Under the pieces are notes generated by a model. The model saw only the letters and a list, made by a program, of their open reading frames with translations, was not told the origin of the DNA and searched no databases. A program made the position numbers and the translations under genes. A DNA stretch of 64,000 nt, from assembly GCA_036172245.1 (NCBI GenBank), contig JAYWIR010000028.1:558001-622000 (forward strand), given 5' to 3'. Below are positions 25,295-38,959 of the stretch, piece by piece (position 1 is the stretch's first letter; every line of letters begins with the position of its first letter). The stretch comes from Raillietiella orientalis (taxonomy: Eukaryota).

Positions 25295-27425
25295 ATGTGT
25301 ACAGCGGGAGTGCGTACAAAGGAGAAAGGTCCGACACGTGCCGCTCGCAACACATGGATCGGTACCGTACCAGGAATGGAGAAAGCAGGGAGGATGAGGA
25401 GAGAGGAAGAAATAAATAGGGACGAGTAGATGTCGAGGAGACGAACGGGATTCCTGAAAAGACAGCAGGCTCTTCTCCTGTCCCTTCGGGAATCCTGCTG
25501 TTCGTCTCGGCATCTCTCCCCGTGGCTGCTTGCCCCGCAGGACTCCGGAAGGCTGTTGGCAGGGTGCGCGAAAAACGCAGCGGGGGCTGCTTCTGCAGCT
25601 CCGTCTGCCCGTACGCTGGCCAACCCGGAGGTGCCCCACCTACCCCCCCGCACACCTTCGTTCCTCAGCGGCCGCACCCCTCATCCTCCTTCCGGTCTTT
25701 CGTCACCTCCCGGGCGTCGCGGATGGGTGCAGTCGGTTTCGCGCTGCCAGGCGCTCGGCTGCTTCTCTGCTGTTCGTAGGGAGCAGAGAGTAGGGTGCGA
25801 GCGCCATGACCTTCGCGATCATCCGGAGATGATGCCTGCTAGCAGCAGCTGCGGCTCTCCTCGTCCTCCCTTCGTAGGAAAAGGCGGCAACGGAGAAGAA
25901 CCCGTTGCGCTCCTCCGATGCTGCCTTGTCGTGCCTTCCGGTTGCTGCAACGCCCTGACGTTTCTACGGAAAACGTTGCCGTGCACTCCGGTCCGGTTGG
26001 GAAATTCACCTCCCGGGAATTTTCTCGTGTCCCGGAGATGCTCCGCGATCCTCGGCAGCCAGCAAAAGGTCCGGCTTCCATCTTGCCCGGATGTTCGCCC
26101 GTCGTCTGATGGGTGCAGCCGCGAACCGGGAGGAAATGGAAGGGGGTAGGAGAGAGAGCAGAGACCTCCGCCAGAGCCGACTTGAATTTCTCTGCCCATT
26201 GAAGTGCGGCGAGTCCTCCCCACAACGGGAGCGGACGCGTCTTGGATGATGGCGTCCTCCCTGCTGGATTCGTCCCATCTCATTCGAATGCAAGTCCGAA
26301 TGGAATTCAGCTTTTGCCGCGCGCCCCACCACTGGCTTAAGTGGAGTGCCACCTCGCTTGGCGAGGCCGACAGATGGACGCCGAGTGCTCGCTCATGCGC
26401 CGTGTTCGATACTTTCGTATGGTGTGAAGCGTGCCGCGCTGGTGTTTCCCAAGTGTTCCACCATCCATCGGGCTTCGATCCGCTTTGGGGCGCTGCTTAT
26501 CGGAAGGAAGAGAGAGAGAGAGAGAGAGAGGAGGAGGGAGAGGGAGAGAGAAACAAGGAGAAAATTCCTGGCCTTGGGGTTGGAAAGGAGCTTTCTGGAA
26601 TGGCCTGAAAGGCAGATACGGAGAGAAACAGCGGGGGAGACTGGCTGCGTGCCATCACACAGACAATCCTTCCTTTATCCTCTAGAGTTCTGAATTTCTC
26701 TTGTTTCTAGGCAACGGTCAGCAAAGCTTCTCCTCTTCCCCCTCCCTCCCTCCCCTCTAGAGCGTTCTCGCGGGTGTCCTAGACCTTGACAGTCTCTCGC
26801 TACCGTGAAGTGCATCCGGTCGCAACCAGGCCGGCGGTTTAGCGGCGATCGTACTCGTGCGGTGCAGCCTGTGCCGCAGGTTCGAAACCTGGCGTTCGAA
26901 GGTCCAAGTGGGGGCGCTGACCCTCACGCCAGGAGCGCAGTTAGCAGATAAAGTCGGAGTTGACGCTGTTCCAAGGAGCATTGCCGACCGCAAATGTGCT
27001 CGCAGGGGCACAACCTCACTGTCGTATCTTCTTGAATGCCCTATCGTGCTGTGTACTAGGTGATGGTGGTGGCCTCTTCCTGATCAGGTGAAGGAAGAGT
27101 CGAGGCGAGCTGCAGAGCATCCCTCCCTTGGCAACCACGGATTTTCGAAATACAGCTGCATCCCCTGAAGGGATATCTCGGTGGATAACGACAAAGGGTA
27201 GAGGAATGTTGTTAGCCTTTGATGGCAGCACCCCATTCCCTCCCCTCCTGTCCCTTCAGGAATCCTGTTCGCCTCCTCGAGATCTGTTTCTTACTCGTCC
27301 CTATTTATTTATTCCTCCCTCCTCATCCTCGCTACTCTTTCCATTCCTGTTACGGTACCGGTCCATTTATTGCGGACGGGCACGTGTCGGACCTTTCTCA
27401 TTGTACACACTCCAGCTGTACACAT
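25295..27425. mobile_element. About 2.1-kb segment bounded by roughly 175-bp imperfect inverted repeats (non-autonomous TIR element candidate)
   Basis: 25295-25469 aligns by eye to the reverse complement of 27244-27425. Shared blocks include ATGTGTACAGC, GAGAAAGGTCCGACACGTGCC, CGGTACCGTA, AAATAAATAGGGACGAGTA and GGATTCCTGAA. No transposase was seen inside. Confidence 0.6.
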
Positions 27426-28199
27426 GCCGAAATTGGAACAGTATACGGAGGGCATAGTCTCTTAGCAAGGGTAACACTTCGCAGTTTCAGCAGCTTAAAA
27501 TACGAAGACGGAACTACAGCCGATAGTGCGAAGGCTGCGGAAACGGTAGAAATGCTCCTCCCCCACTACCCTCATTCTCCCCCCACGCACCTCCCACCTT
27601 ATTCAAAATCTATTCATTTATTTCGATAATCGAATGGTCCGGGAACCCCGGTTGAGAAGGTTATGGCCGCTGCTGCTCTTTCCTCCCGAGTTCTCGCGCG
27701 TGCCATCGCGGCGCTCTCGCTCCGCTCCCGACCTGCGGACCAGCAAGAGATACGATCTGGCGCGGAACTCCAAGTCGCACTCAACCGCGCGAAGGCGCTC
27801 GCCCTCCAGGTTCCGTTCGTTCCCGTTTCTGGCCTCTTGCAGTCCTTGGTGCGCTCGCCACGGCCCGCTTCCTTTCGCCTTCGCTCCATGCTTCCCGGGT
27901 TTCCACCTACCGATTGATCTCCTACGCCGCTTCTCTCTCGCGACGGATCGGCTCAGACTCTCCGCAGCGGTGATCCATCAGGATTAAACCGAGTGATGTT
28001 TCGCGGCTGCTCTTGACCCGTTGGTGGAGGCGGGGAAGGGGGAGTTGATGAAGGCGATACGTGGCGGCTCAGCGCAGACCCGCATTTGGAAACTGGGCCT
28101 TTATCTGTTTCTGTGGCAACGCGTCTGGACGACCGGCAGCGCCTTCCATAATTCTCTGCAAGCTCTTCTCTCCTTTTCTTCTCCTGAGTCGACTCACAG

Positions 28200-29330
28200 G
28201 AACAGTTCCCACCTCACGAGGGTGCTCCAAGCACAAAAGTGCCTCGATCTGCAGCTGATGAGAGCAGATGTGATTTGACGAAACGAGGAGGTTCAATCAA
28301 AGAACTGAACTAAGTCCCGACGCAACCTTCTTCATCTGAAAGACCACTACTGTGGAAGATTGGAGCGAATAATGAGGCGGGAACTATGAAGCTGCTCAAA
28401 CTGGACGGTTACTAAGCCATAGTCCCCTGGCATCCCCGGGATGCAACAGAGAAGGACCTTTCCTCTTGCACGAATCTTCTAGCCTGCCGATTCGTCTTCG
28501 GCGTTGCTTCACTGGTTGAAGAGGATGATGAAAGAGAGCTGGAAGTTGGTTTCCTGAAAGTTCATTTCTGAAGTGGACTCTCGTTTCCATCTGCATCGGG
28601 CACTGAGCAAAGCGAGAAGAATGATCGTCCTGAACGCTATCCCTTCGAGAGCAATCCTGCTGCGTTCAGAAGTGCTTGAGAAAGCAAGCAGACCCAAGGC
28701 AAAGACCTCAACGAAGGATGTCCAGGTAAATGTCAGAGTCCTAGTCGTTGGCTCTTCACGGATGCCCAAAATGAAAATGTGGGGCAAGAACTGAAGGTCC
28801 CGCAGATGTACATCGACAAAATGAGGCACCTTATGGTTACTCTTTGCCCCTTGCATCCAATGAGGTCGGGATATCCATTGGATCCAAAATTTGGGACATC
28901 CTCCCGATGAGGGAAATGCCTGAAAATCGACACTTAAGAAGAACTGGTACCTTCCGATGTGGATGTAGATAGAGGATGTTTGAAAATGATACCACTACCT
29001 CATTAGACACACAGACAGAGTAAGATGGACAGGACATGCTGATGGCTAAGCCGATGAGTCCGATCTACGTCACGACTATGCTGGATGCTCGATGAGACCT
29101 TTAAGCATCCCATCTTCCTGGCATATAGCTATTCAGCTCTCTTGGAGTCCCCATCATTTGGGGGATCCTATTGACGGGGAAAGAGAGTGTTGACTTTGGG
29201 GTTCTCAGCTCCAGAAACCGACATTCAGAGATCAGTGCCGCGGCATTTCTCTTCCTTTTCCCACAGGGTGCTGCCGAACTCCGTTATGGCATTTTGACCT
29301 TAGCCAGGAGACCGAGAAGTGATCTGTTGC
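28200..29330 (-). pseudogene. rep: Degenerate gemini-like Rep: HUH, HUH and SF3 helicase
   Basis: HUH1: CHNGVRQH, ECRFLELRTPKSTLSFPVN 29226-29170 (compare NRFFDLVSPTRSAHFHPN) and SY/CQEDG near 29125. HUH2: VCVSNE...LHPH near 28970, FGSNGYPD and MQGAKSNHKVPHFVD from 28856 (compare IQGAKSSSDVKSYID). Helicase: SLLHPGDARG.W 28452-28417 (Walker A-like) and VQFFD near 28300. Confidence 0.65.
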
Positions 29331-30429
29331 AACGAAAGATCGTGTGTTGCTGTGATCCTTTGTGTGTTTTTTCTCCTCTGAGGGGAGGGGAAGAGAGGGG
29401 GAGGTCTTGGTAAAAGGTCAGCGCGACCGCGAACTTCTTTCTTGCCATCGAGATCTGCGAGGTCGATCGAAACCACTGGTTCTTCTCGAGTCGACCGAGT
29501 GCCGCCTTCCGATCCGCCTAAGAGATCAACGATCGCATCCGCCTGCCGGCATTTCCGACTTGCAGCGATTCGCTGGCAGCTCATCCGTCCGGAACTGTCG
29601 CCATCGCTACCGGTCTCAGTTTCGGGCAGCAGCGCCTGCCGCTGCACGCATCCGGGGCGAAGAACGCCGCCATTCGGTTTCGTGCCTCGTCCATCCGGCT
29701 CCCAGGCGTGGGCAGCATGAAGGACACGCCTCTCCGTTTGACGCATTCGCACTTCCTCCCTCTCCCCCCATTCGACGTGCTTCTCAGTCTTCGAGGCATC
29801 TCTGCATGAGCACCATCGAGTGGTTCGCTTTTCAGATGAACGTCCGAGCCTTCGATTAGCAGTTTGCAACAACCAGGCCGCACCAGAAGTGCCCTTCCTA
29901 CCAGCCTGCCACGAACCAGACTGATGTCGCCGAGGGTGCACTCGCCTCCCGGCTTCCGCGTGTTCGAGCATGCCGAGAAGAGCGGGACATTTCCTTCCGT
30001 CCCCTTTCGGCCGCAGCTGCTGGTCTAGGAAGTGAGGAGGGGGGTGGAAAGGAGGGGAGGGGACGGGGGAAGGAGACAGAAAGGGAATTCGAGGTCGAGG
30101 CACGCAGGACTCATGAAGCACCTGACAGCGTTTGCAGCAGAGGAAGAGCGAACGCCCCCTCCCAAGAAATCAGTGAAAGCTGATGATTCCCTCCACGGTA
30201 CTTTTCGTCTCATCTGCATCCCCTCGTTCACTTCCGGTTTGGAGAAAGGAGACTGCCAGCTTCACCTGCCTGGCGCAATCAGACTCCTTCAATCGAAAAT
30301 TCACTTGAGGAAAACATCTGAAGGAAGAGAGAGAAGAGGGAGGGAGAGAGCAAGGGGGAGGGACAGGGGAAGAAGGAGAAGAAGAAAAAAGAGGAAGCCT
30401 CCCGAACATTCCCTCTTTCCGTTCCGTTG

Positions 30430-30990
30430 CCATGACTCCATTACGATTCCGGCTCCCGGCTTCTGTCTAACCTACATCTCGAAGCTCCGAGTTTCCACTC
30501 ATATGACCGATTATGGCTCTCGATAATGTCATAGTTACCGAGCTCCAGAAATTCAGACGCGGATCAGTCAAGACAGAATCCATCCAGACATCGGTAATGG
30601 TGTCTGGATGAATATTTGATCACGCTTGGTCTCTCTCGCTTTTCTTCTGGACCGGTTTTTTTTTTTTTTTTGCTTGCGTGGTTTCCTTTGACTGGCATTC
30701 TGCTTTCATCACGCCACCGTGGATTTTTCGGTTGCCGTCACCGCCTCCGCCGCATGCAGAGGTGGCGCAGCGATGGACCGAAACGCAAGCGTCCTCGGCT
30801 TTATTGCCACAGCCCGTCGGACTGTCCGGCGATCGCGGGTCGCGCGAGTTCTTCGAGGGCACACACCAGTGGGTGCACCGCGGGCTTCTGGATACTCACA
30901 GCGGACGGGAAGCTCCATGATGGACACTGCAGGAACGATGCTTGTGGGTGTGTGTGTGAAGGTGGGTGTTCCACTATTGGGAGAGAGTGG
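30430..30990 (+). pseudogene. Possible Rep remnant
   Basis: APGFCLTY at about 30452-30475 (motif I), ISQDRIHPD, DHAW, SFDW and KVGVP. The order is plausible but the sequence is very decayed. Confidence 0.3.
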
Positions 30991-33900
30991 AGGGTCTATT
31001 CAAGGGATCGGAAATCGATGCCTCCGTCACATCAGCATCAGCGAGAGGTCCATGCCTCCTCCTCCTTCCCATTCCTTCCAGCAGCCGCTAGGGGATGTCA
31101 TGAGGGCTACAGTTCGCGAATCAACACTCAGCCGTAACTTGGGATGACGACCGATGCAGGAGATCGACTCCTCTGCTGAGAGAGCCATGGCAGCAGAAGC
31201 CAAAACCCTCCCACTGGCTTCTCCTTCGCGAGACTCCAAGACTTTCGTCTTTCCCAGCCTCTTATTGCACCAACGGCGGGCCATCTCGGTACGGCTGGAA
31301 CCTTCTCGCATTCGGTATGCTGCGGCGTTTGCGGAGATGGCGACTCCAAACCGCAATTCCCAGAAAGCTTCGTGCCTCTTCCCCCCACCCCACCCTCGAC
31401 CCGGAATGGGCACGGAGCTTCTTCAGCTAGCCTTTGGAAGAAACCTTCGATGGGGAGGGAGGACGGAGGGGACACGCATCCGGAAGCCTTCGAAGGCAGC
31501 ACGTTGGTAAAGAAAGCGACGCTCTCACCAGCCACCCGGAGACCTCAGCGGCCCCAACAGCCGCGGCCGAAGAACGGGTCTACAAAGGAGGATACGTTTG
31601 GATCCCTAATAGTAGGATCCAAGTGAAGGAGGGAGGGTTCAAAGGAGGCTGAATGCTGGCGAAGCGAAGGGCCAAGAGAGAGGGAGCGCACGTGCATTGG
31701 GCCAAGAGAGAGGGCCTGCCGTTCCCAAGCGAGCGTAGCCGACTTCAGTTGGTGTGCTTTCAGTAAAGAGCTGCCTGCCACGCACAAGTGAGTTTTTTCG
31801 ATCTCTGGAAATTCGTCGTGGGCTCCACTGCGAGGGAAGTGGGCACCACAGTCGCCTCTTGGCTTCACAGACCGAGCCTGACCACGGTCTGGAGCTCAGA
31901 TCGGCCCGGAGGGTGTCCCGCTGATCCGGAGCGACAACGGTATTTCCGAGTCTTTCCGGTCATTCTCTGGAGACGTCCCCGGAAAGGAACGGAAGGACCT
32001 TCGGAGCTTCCGGGAATTCTTTCTTCTCTTGGTAATTTCGGGTCGAGACAAAGGTCAGCGTCGTGGGAGAGAGTTTGCGCCGGGGAAACAGCATCCTTCT
32101 ACCCCGGTCGAGGAATTCTTGCTCCTTTCTTTCTTCCGAGCGTGCCGGGGCGGCGCGGCGGCCGATTCTCCCTGGGACAGCGGAAGAATTGGTGGTCTCC
32201 GCACCCGCGAGCTTTCCTTCACCGTCAGCGGAAGGCGTTCGAGCCCCGACCCCTGACCCTTTTAGGCTGCGCGCGAACTCGACCCCGAGAAGTCCCTGCG
32301 GCAGGGTGATACGATGCCTCGAAAGCTTTTGAATGACGGTGGCTCCTGACGAGGACGGGAGAGGTTGCTCCGAGACTTCGCTGGCTCAGACAGACGCTTC
32401 TCCTGGGCTTGCCCAAGTCACTCTCGGGGGGAGGGAGGTGTAGGTCCCCTAACCCCGTCGATTTCTTTCTGCATCTTCCTCCGGATGCAGGTCACCTTTG
32501 GCACTCCCACCAGCAAACCAGGTGGCTGCGGGCGACCTGGTTTGCCTGTGAGAGCGCTGGGGCGCGATACTCCGAATGCAGCGTGGCGGCCACTTTCTCT
32601 CCGGGAAGATTCGAGAAGTTGCGGGAATCGGTTCCAGACAGAAACTGGGGACGGGCAGAGGATCCGAAGCCGAGCAGCAACATCTCAGGAGAGTTTCTTC
32701 TGTGGCTGGGCGCCCGCCGTCTGCAGATGGTTGCCACAGCATCCCTTTCGCAAGGAGCAGCTCGCTCCCCTCCGGTTCGCTCCTCGGTGGCGGCTACCAG
32801 ACTGACATCTTTCATTTCCCTCATCCCCCGACTCATGCAATGTCCCATTCGATCCTCTTCAGCCGCGTGTGGTTACCGGCGGGACCACAGGGTTAGGGAA
32901 GGAGCGATGGAGGCACGCTTTTGTTCTTGCCCGTGCATCTTGCGCAAGAGAAGAGACTTCAGGAGTGGGGAAAGGTGTGGGAATCGCGCGCCCCCACACT
33001 CAACGGGACGGACCAAGGCGAAAGGCTGGGGAGGAGGAAGGGGGGAGCGAGGTCAGAAACGGCAAAAGAAGGGGGGGGGGGGATGAAGAAGGGGTGAAGA
33101 AGGAAGCAAAAGCAAAGAAAACAAACAAACGGGATAAAGAGCAGAGAGAAACAAAAGGCGCGGCCACTTGAGGCCGCAAGCGCTCCGAGTGGGGAGGCAG
33201 CTGGCAGAGGCCAGTCACCTCCCCCGGTCTTTTCAAAAGGAGTTGATGACTTCCATACCTCTGCGGATGCGAGCCGGACCGGCGGTCTTTCGGGTCCGGG
33301 TGAGTCAAACTGTAATTTGTAACCGGAGGAGGAGAACCCGACCCGAGCTGCCCGAGACTCCTCAAAGCTGGATGATGGACCGTGGTAGTGGCGGCGGCGG
33401 CGGCGGCGGCGGCGAAAATCTTCATTAAGTTCCGTCGGGGCGTTCAGCGACGCAGACGGACCCACGCAGCAGCCGCAGCAGCAGCAGCAGAAGCAGCAGA
33501 AGCGATCCCCCCGCCTCGCTACCTCTTTTTCTTCTTTTCCTCCTCCTTTTTTTTTCTTTTCTTTTCTTTCTTCCTTCTCCTCTCCCTCCTCCCCTCCTCC
33601 CTTCGGAGCAGAAAATCGAGGGTTCCCCGGAGGTTTCGTGTGACGGATTAGGCGAAAGTGAAAGGTCAGCGGCCACCCAGAGAAGACGCCGCTCGGAACA
33701 ATGGATGCGTCCATCACCCGCCTCTTTCGCAATCCTCTTTGTCGGTTGACGGATCGACTGTGGACGCCTGGCGGGAAAAGCGAGAGAAAGAAAAGAGGCA
33801 AGCCGTCTCCGCCGCCGGGCCCGGTCCGGACGTGAACTACACGGGGCTCTAGCTGCTGTTCGGGACGGGGAGGAGCGGGAAGGGGCCCAGCGGGGGAGCG

Positions 33901-36900
33901 ATCCCGCGTACCGGGAGATGCAAGTGCCTTCGACAGGAAGCTCCGCAATAGCTCCTCTCCCTGGCGGAGAAGCCGTTGCAGTCCCTCACCCCATCCCTCC
34001 CCTCCGAAGAGATTCCCTTCCCTTCCGAGACCCCCAGGCAGTTCCAGGAGCTCCATTGCATCGTTCTTGGGAGGGAAGCCTAGAGGAGGGAGAATAGAAG
34101 AGGGAAGATTTCTCCTATCCCGGAGTTCCCTGAGCGGTTCTCCAGGCGGACTCAGGAAGAAAACTTCCCCTCCCTCCTCGTCAGAGCCCCATCTTTTCCC
34201 GTCGCGAAGCCAGCGAAAAGGGAGGATAGGGAGGAGCAGCAAAGCATGCGCGTCCTCAGAGTCCGGAGGACTTAGTGGTCGGCGCATGGAGTAGCTTCAT
34301 CCTATGGGCAGCCTTTGTTCTTTGCGACAGCAGGGAACGAGCCGTGGTCAGGGGTGCAGGATGAAGGTGAGGAAGATCTCTCCCCCACGCACGTCCCGGG
34401 CGAGATCCGAAGTGGACGGGGACACGCAGCACGGAAGAGAGGCGGGATGGAGGTCGCGTCCGGGAGTCTCCTCCCACCTCTCTTTCCACGGAGGTCTGAG
34501 GCTTGACCCTGAGGCATCGTTTGAAGAGTGGGACGGCACAGTTTTCCTCCGCCTCTTGGATCACTCGCCAATCCTCACAAGCAGCCCGCACCACCCTTGA
34601 AGCCAACCCGTCCTCAGGGCGTTCAGGGGACCCAGATGAGGGCGCGCTATCCGCGCTTCCGAGGATCGTGGCACATCTGCTGCGGTTGTCCGCGAAACGC
34701 AGGGTGTCGCAGACTACGCCGTTGCCGTCTGCTCCTGTCTGGGTGGTGATGGCCGCCGTCTCTCGTGGCAACCAACCAAGCCGAGACTCTCTCTCTCTTC
34801 GAGAGATGGGCGATCTTGAGGGGAGGGGAGAACAAGGAACAAAAATCCTCCTGGAATTTATGGAGTCTGTGAACGCCGCGAGTGAATTCCCGGAGAGGAC
34901 AGGAGAGATGCCAATGATGCGACTTTTTTTTTCTTTCTATTCTGAAAAAGACATTGAAGAGAGTAGGGAGCACGAAAGAGATGTCTCTGGAAAGAAGCTT
35001 AAGGACCCCTTCAGAGCCCAGAAAGAGAAATTCCAGCTCCCTTCTATGCCATATTACCCCCTCATATGATTCCTGCGTCTGTTTTTAGGAACTGGCTTCA
35101 TCAGTTTCCTTTCCCCCCTTTCCTCCGTCCGGCAATACTTGAGATGGTTTCGGAGCTGCGGCTCCCAGACTCTTCGCAGAGAGAGGGGATCCAATGACCT
35201 TCTTACTTCCGAGGATCTGTCGATTCGGATGCCTGGAGGAGCAAAGTCTTTCTTCCACTCGGAGATGGTTGTGACCTTCCTGGTCACCAACTACCCGAAA
35301 CATGAGCCTCCTTTCTTTCCTCTCCACTGTTCCCTCAGCCAGAAGAGATGAGATGAACCTGCTTCTGCAATCAAAGTTTGGGTTTCCAGGCGGCTGAAGG
35401 GAGTGGCGACCTTTGCACTCTTGAAGTTACTACTGCATATCACTAACTAACGAAAGAATGGCCCATCATAGCTTAAAAATGCGGTGACTTCTCTTTCTAG
35501 CTGGGAGAAGAAGGAGGAGAAGGGAGAAGGAGCAATGAGGAAAAGATGAGTGAGGACGATGAGGAAAAGTTTTGGAAGTCTCCGAGCTGCCTTGGGATTC
35601 CTTGATGGCAAGAAAAGGAGAAAGGGAAGGACGAGGTGAAGGCAGGACAGTCCAGTTCGAAGAAACAGAGGGCAACGTAAATCTTTTTTGCCTTCTGGAA
35701 CGGCAAGCATCCCTTCCTTTTCATCGGTCTATGTCGAGCTGTTCCTGTCGCTCTTCCAGAGGCGCATTGCCGAGCTTAACATGACAAGCGAGGGGAAAGA
35801 AAGAAGCCCTTCCCCCTCCCCCACCAGGAGGAGAAGAAGTAGTCCGATGATCCATCCAAAGCTGCTTCTCGATCCAGAGATCTCTGTGGGCCGTGCGTCG
35901 GTGGCTCGAAATGAGCTCTCGAGGAAGACGTGTCTTCGGGAGCGAGAGAAGAGCGAACGGGGATCACTCGTGCCCCCACTTTTCTTCCCCCATTCTGCTG
36001 GTCCACCTTCTCCCTCTTGCCCTTTCTTGTACTCTCCTCTGCCGTATCGATCCACTTCGGAGCAAAACCATCGGCGGGATGCGCCGTTGGTTTTGCTCCG
36101 AAGAGACCTCTCGCCGCCGGCTCAGCCAGCAGGGATCCAAAATGCCGATCGACGAGACCCCTCCTCCCGCTCCACGGATTTCTTTGAAGGGCGATCCCTT
36201 ACTTGAAGTCAGACAAGTCCACCATTAATTTGCTCTCGAATTCCCGTCGTAGCCACAGGGATCCCGCGAGATCCCGCTCCCTGGCAACTGCTGAAAGGGA
36301 GCTCCGGTCTTTTTGCCCTCGCAGGATCCCGGTCCTCAGCCTGGTCTCGAAGGTCCTGAGTGACCGCCTGCTTTCAGCTGGCAGTCTTGCTCCTTGTTTC
36401 CTCCTGGAGAGGAACGGGAAAAGGGAGAGGGAACACCTGCTCCGTCGCCCGCATGCATGCATGGCGGCACTGGAGGTCGAGGAGACAGGAAACTGCACTG
36501 AAAGGGGTGGGAGGAACGGGGTCTCCAGCTGCCCGGGACGGGGAAGCTCCAATGCGCGGGGAGGAGAGGGAAGGTTGCCGTCATGCGGAAGTCGTAGGAG
36601 CGCCTGCTCGCCGCGGTCCGAGGGACTCTCGGCACCAGCCCGTCACGGTCTGGGAGCGACCGTTCCCTCCGATGGCGACCGGCGCCGCCGTGCTTCTTTG
36701 CCTCCGGCGCTTCTCATCGCTACATTTCCGTGGTCCAGTCGAATAAGATTCTTTCGTCGCTTTCTTCTTCCCTTTACTCAGCATGACACATCCCGAATAA
36801 TCAGCCGGGAACAGGTCTCTCTTGGAAAGGGAGAAGGGAACGTGAGAAGGGAAGCAAGGAGGGGGGGAATCTCTCTCCTCCAGACACCTCTCCAGAAGAT

Positions 36901-38959
36901 CGGGATTTTCCACTTCTGGCAGGGAAGCTCTTTTCCTTCGAGAGGGATCGAGGAGCCCACAGTGCCCGCGAGCGTGCCGCTTTCTCCCTCTCGGAGGACG
37001 CGCCCCTCCCTGCAGCCGCGCAGGGAAGCGGCGAAGGAGGGAGGAAACGAAGCTCCTTCTTTCCCGGTCCCAAATTCCACCCCCGGAGAGGAGAGACCCA
37101 TCTGACCCCTTCTGCTCCTTCGTGGAAGGCAGAGGGCGCTTCATTTTGCCGAGGAAACTGCTTCCGCTGCCTCCCGTGACGAGCAGCCACCCCCTTTTGT
37201 CCATCTCTTCTCGAGAAGAGGAGCCTCCTTCTTCTACGAGGGTAACTCGCCCCAGGCGTATCCGAGGGTAGGAGCGCGGAATCCTTCATGCAGAGGAAGT
37301 AAGGAGCGCAAGATCGGAAGGGGAATGGAATCTTCCAGATGACCGTGGCCCTAGGGCGCGTGCGCCGCGGAAAGACCTACCGGTTCGTCAGGAAAAGCCG
37401 ATCCAGAAATCAGAGGCAGCGAGGAAGGAAAGGAGGAATTTGCCCCAATCTGCCTTCTCCCGGAGCTCTCACAGGGAGACCAGAAAGATTCTCCTGCAGC
37501 ATGCTTTCAAGAAAGGAAAAGATTGCTTTTCGGGACTTCTCTCTGTGAGTTCGCGCCGAGAGACCTCCCTCCAGCCGAAACGCAGGAGGTGGCAAACCCA
37601 CTGCGTTTCGGGACCCAGCATTTCCTGGGGACCTCCTCCGAGGGTTATTCCTCGAAGGAGGGGATAGGGGAAGGAGGACGCAGAAGAGATATGGAGGGAG
37701 AAAAGGGAGGGATAGAACTGCCCGGCAGGACAGACAGATGAGGGATGTTGCGAGGAGCTTGCGACTCGTCCAGATAGGAAGATGTTCCGGACTCTCCGGA
37801 AAAGAGAAGATACAAGGAGGTGGAGGAGTGGGGGGGGGGGAACAAGAAATGAGGAGGGAGAGAAAATGGGGAGGGTGATCCCCTTTCCTCCTCCTGCGGG
37901 AGGACCCGGTTCTCCATCTCCATTCCCTCTCCTCCTCCGCTCTGCTTCTCTATCTTAGCGAGCTTTCGCATCTTTCCGTCATCTCGTGGGGATCGATAAA
38001 CCCAGGCTTGACGCCGCCGCCTCCTTGGCAACCGTTGCTCTCTCTTCCCCGCCTCCCTCCCGGATTCCACAGCCCTCTCCTGCGAGGGGCTAAGCAGACC
38101 GACGGCAGCAGGAAAATATGCGGGAACTCCTCCAGCCCAAGGGGGCTCTGGGTGGGAGACGGGAAGAGTCCTCTCGTTGGCTGAGAGGGGAGGGGGCCGG
38201 AGGGAGGGAACAGATGCTACGCTTCACTATACCTTCATGTCCAGGGGATCACCCGGACTATCGTGGGTTCTGGAGCAGGTAACAGGGAGAACGTCAGGGA
38301 CGAGAAAGGAGGAGGCGAGCACAGGAACAAGGAGTGAGTGAAAGAGTCACTCTTCCTCTGGGAAGAGACGCCTTCTCCCTCCCTCACTCATGTCTCTCCG
38401 GCGATCCGCTACGCTGTCAGGCACAAGATCGCTGCTTCCCTTCTCTTCCCCGAGGACTCTGACACCAGGGACGAGGGTTTCTCCGTGGAGATACTGTCCG
38501 GGTGGAGGAAGAAGGATGGCAGTGAGAGAGTGGAAGGGTATCTTTCCACTCTCGAGGATTCTTTTGGAAAAGGGGCGAGGAAGGGAGAGGACTCGCTCTT
38601 CCGGCTCATCCTGACCCTTTCTGGTCCCGTAGTCTCCGCCCGTCTTCCTTCCACAGGGCGAAATCCTCCTCGAGAGAGGGAGGTGTGGGCCTCGGGAAGG
38701 GATTAGAAATGCGAAGAGGATCGCAGACCCTAGGGTGCATGAGGAACCTCCGGGAATACTCAGATGAAAGAGGTTCGAGGGGAGGCAGAGCGATGGACCT
38801 GTTCGTGCTGAGGCCCGCGACTCAAGAGAGGGCTGTTCCCGCCTTCAATGGGAGAGCAGACCCATTTCCTAAGACGGGTGGGGATGGGAGTGGGCTCCAA
38901 AGGAGAAGAAAGTGCTTGATTGCAGGAAACCGTTCGCACATAGGCCAAGAACAACGAAG

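Noticed and set aside
32959..34287. 442-aa minus-strand ORF
   Set aside because: It runs through GGC and CAG microsatellites and purine tracts, with no recognisable domain.
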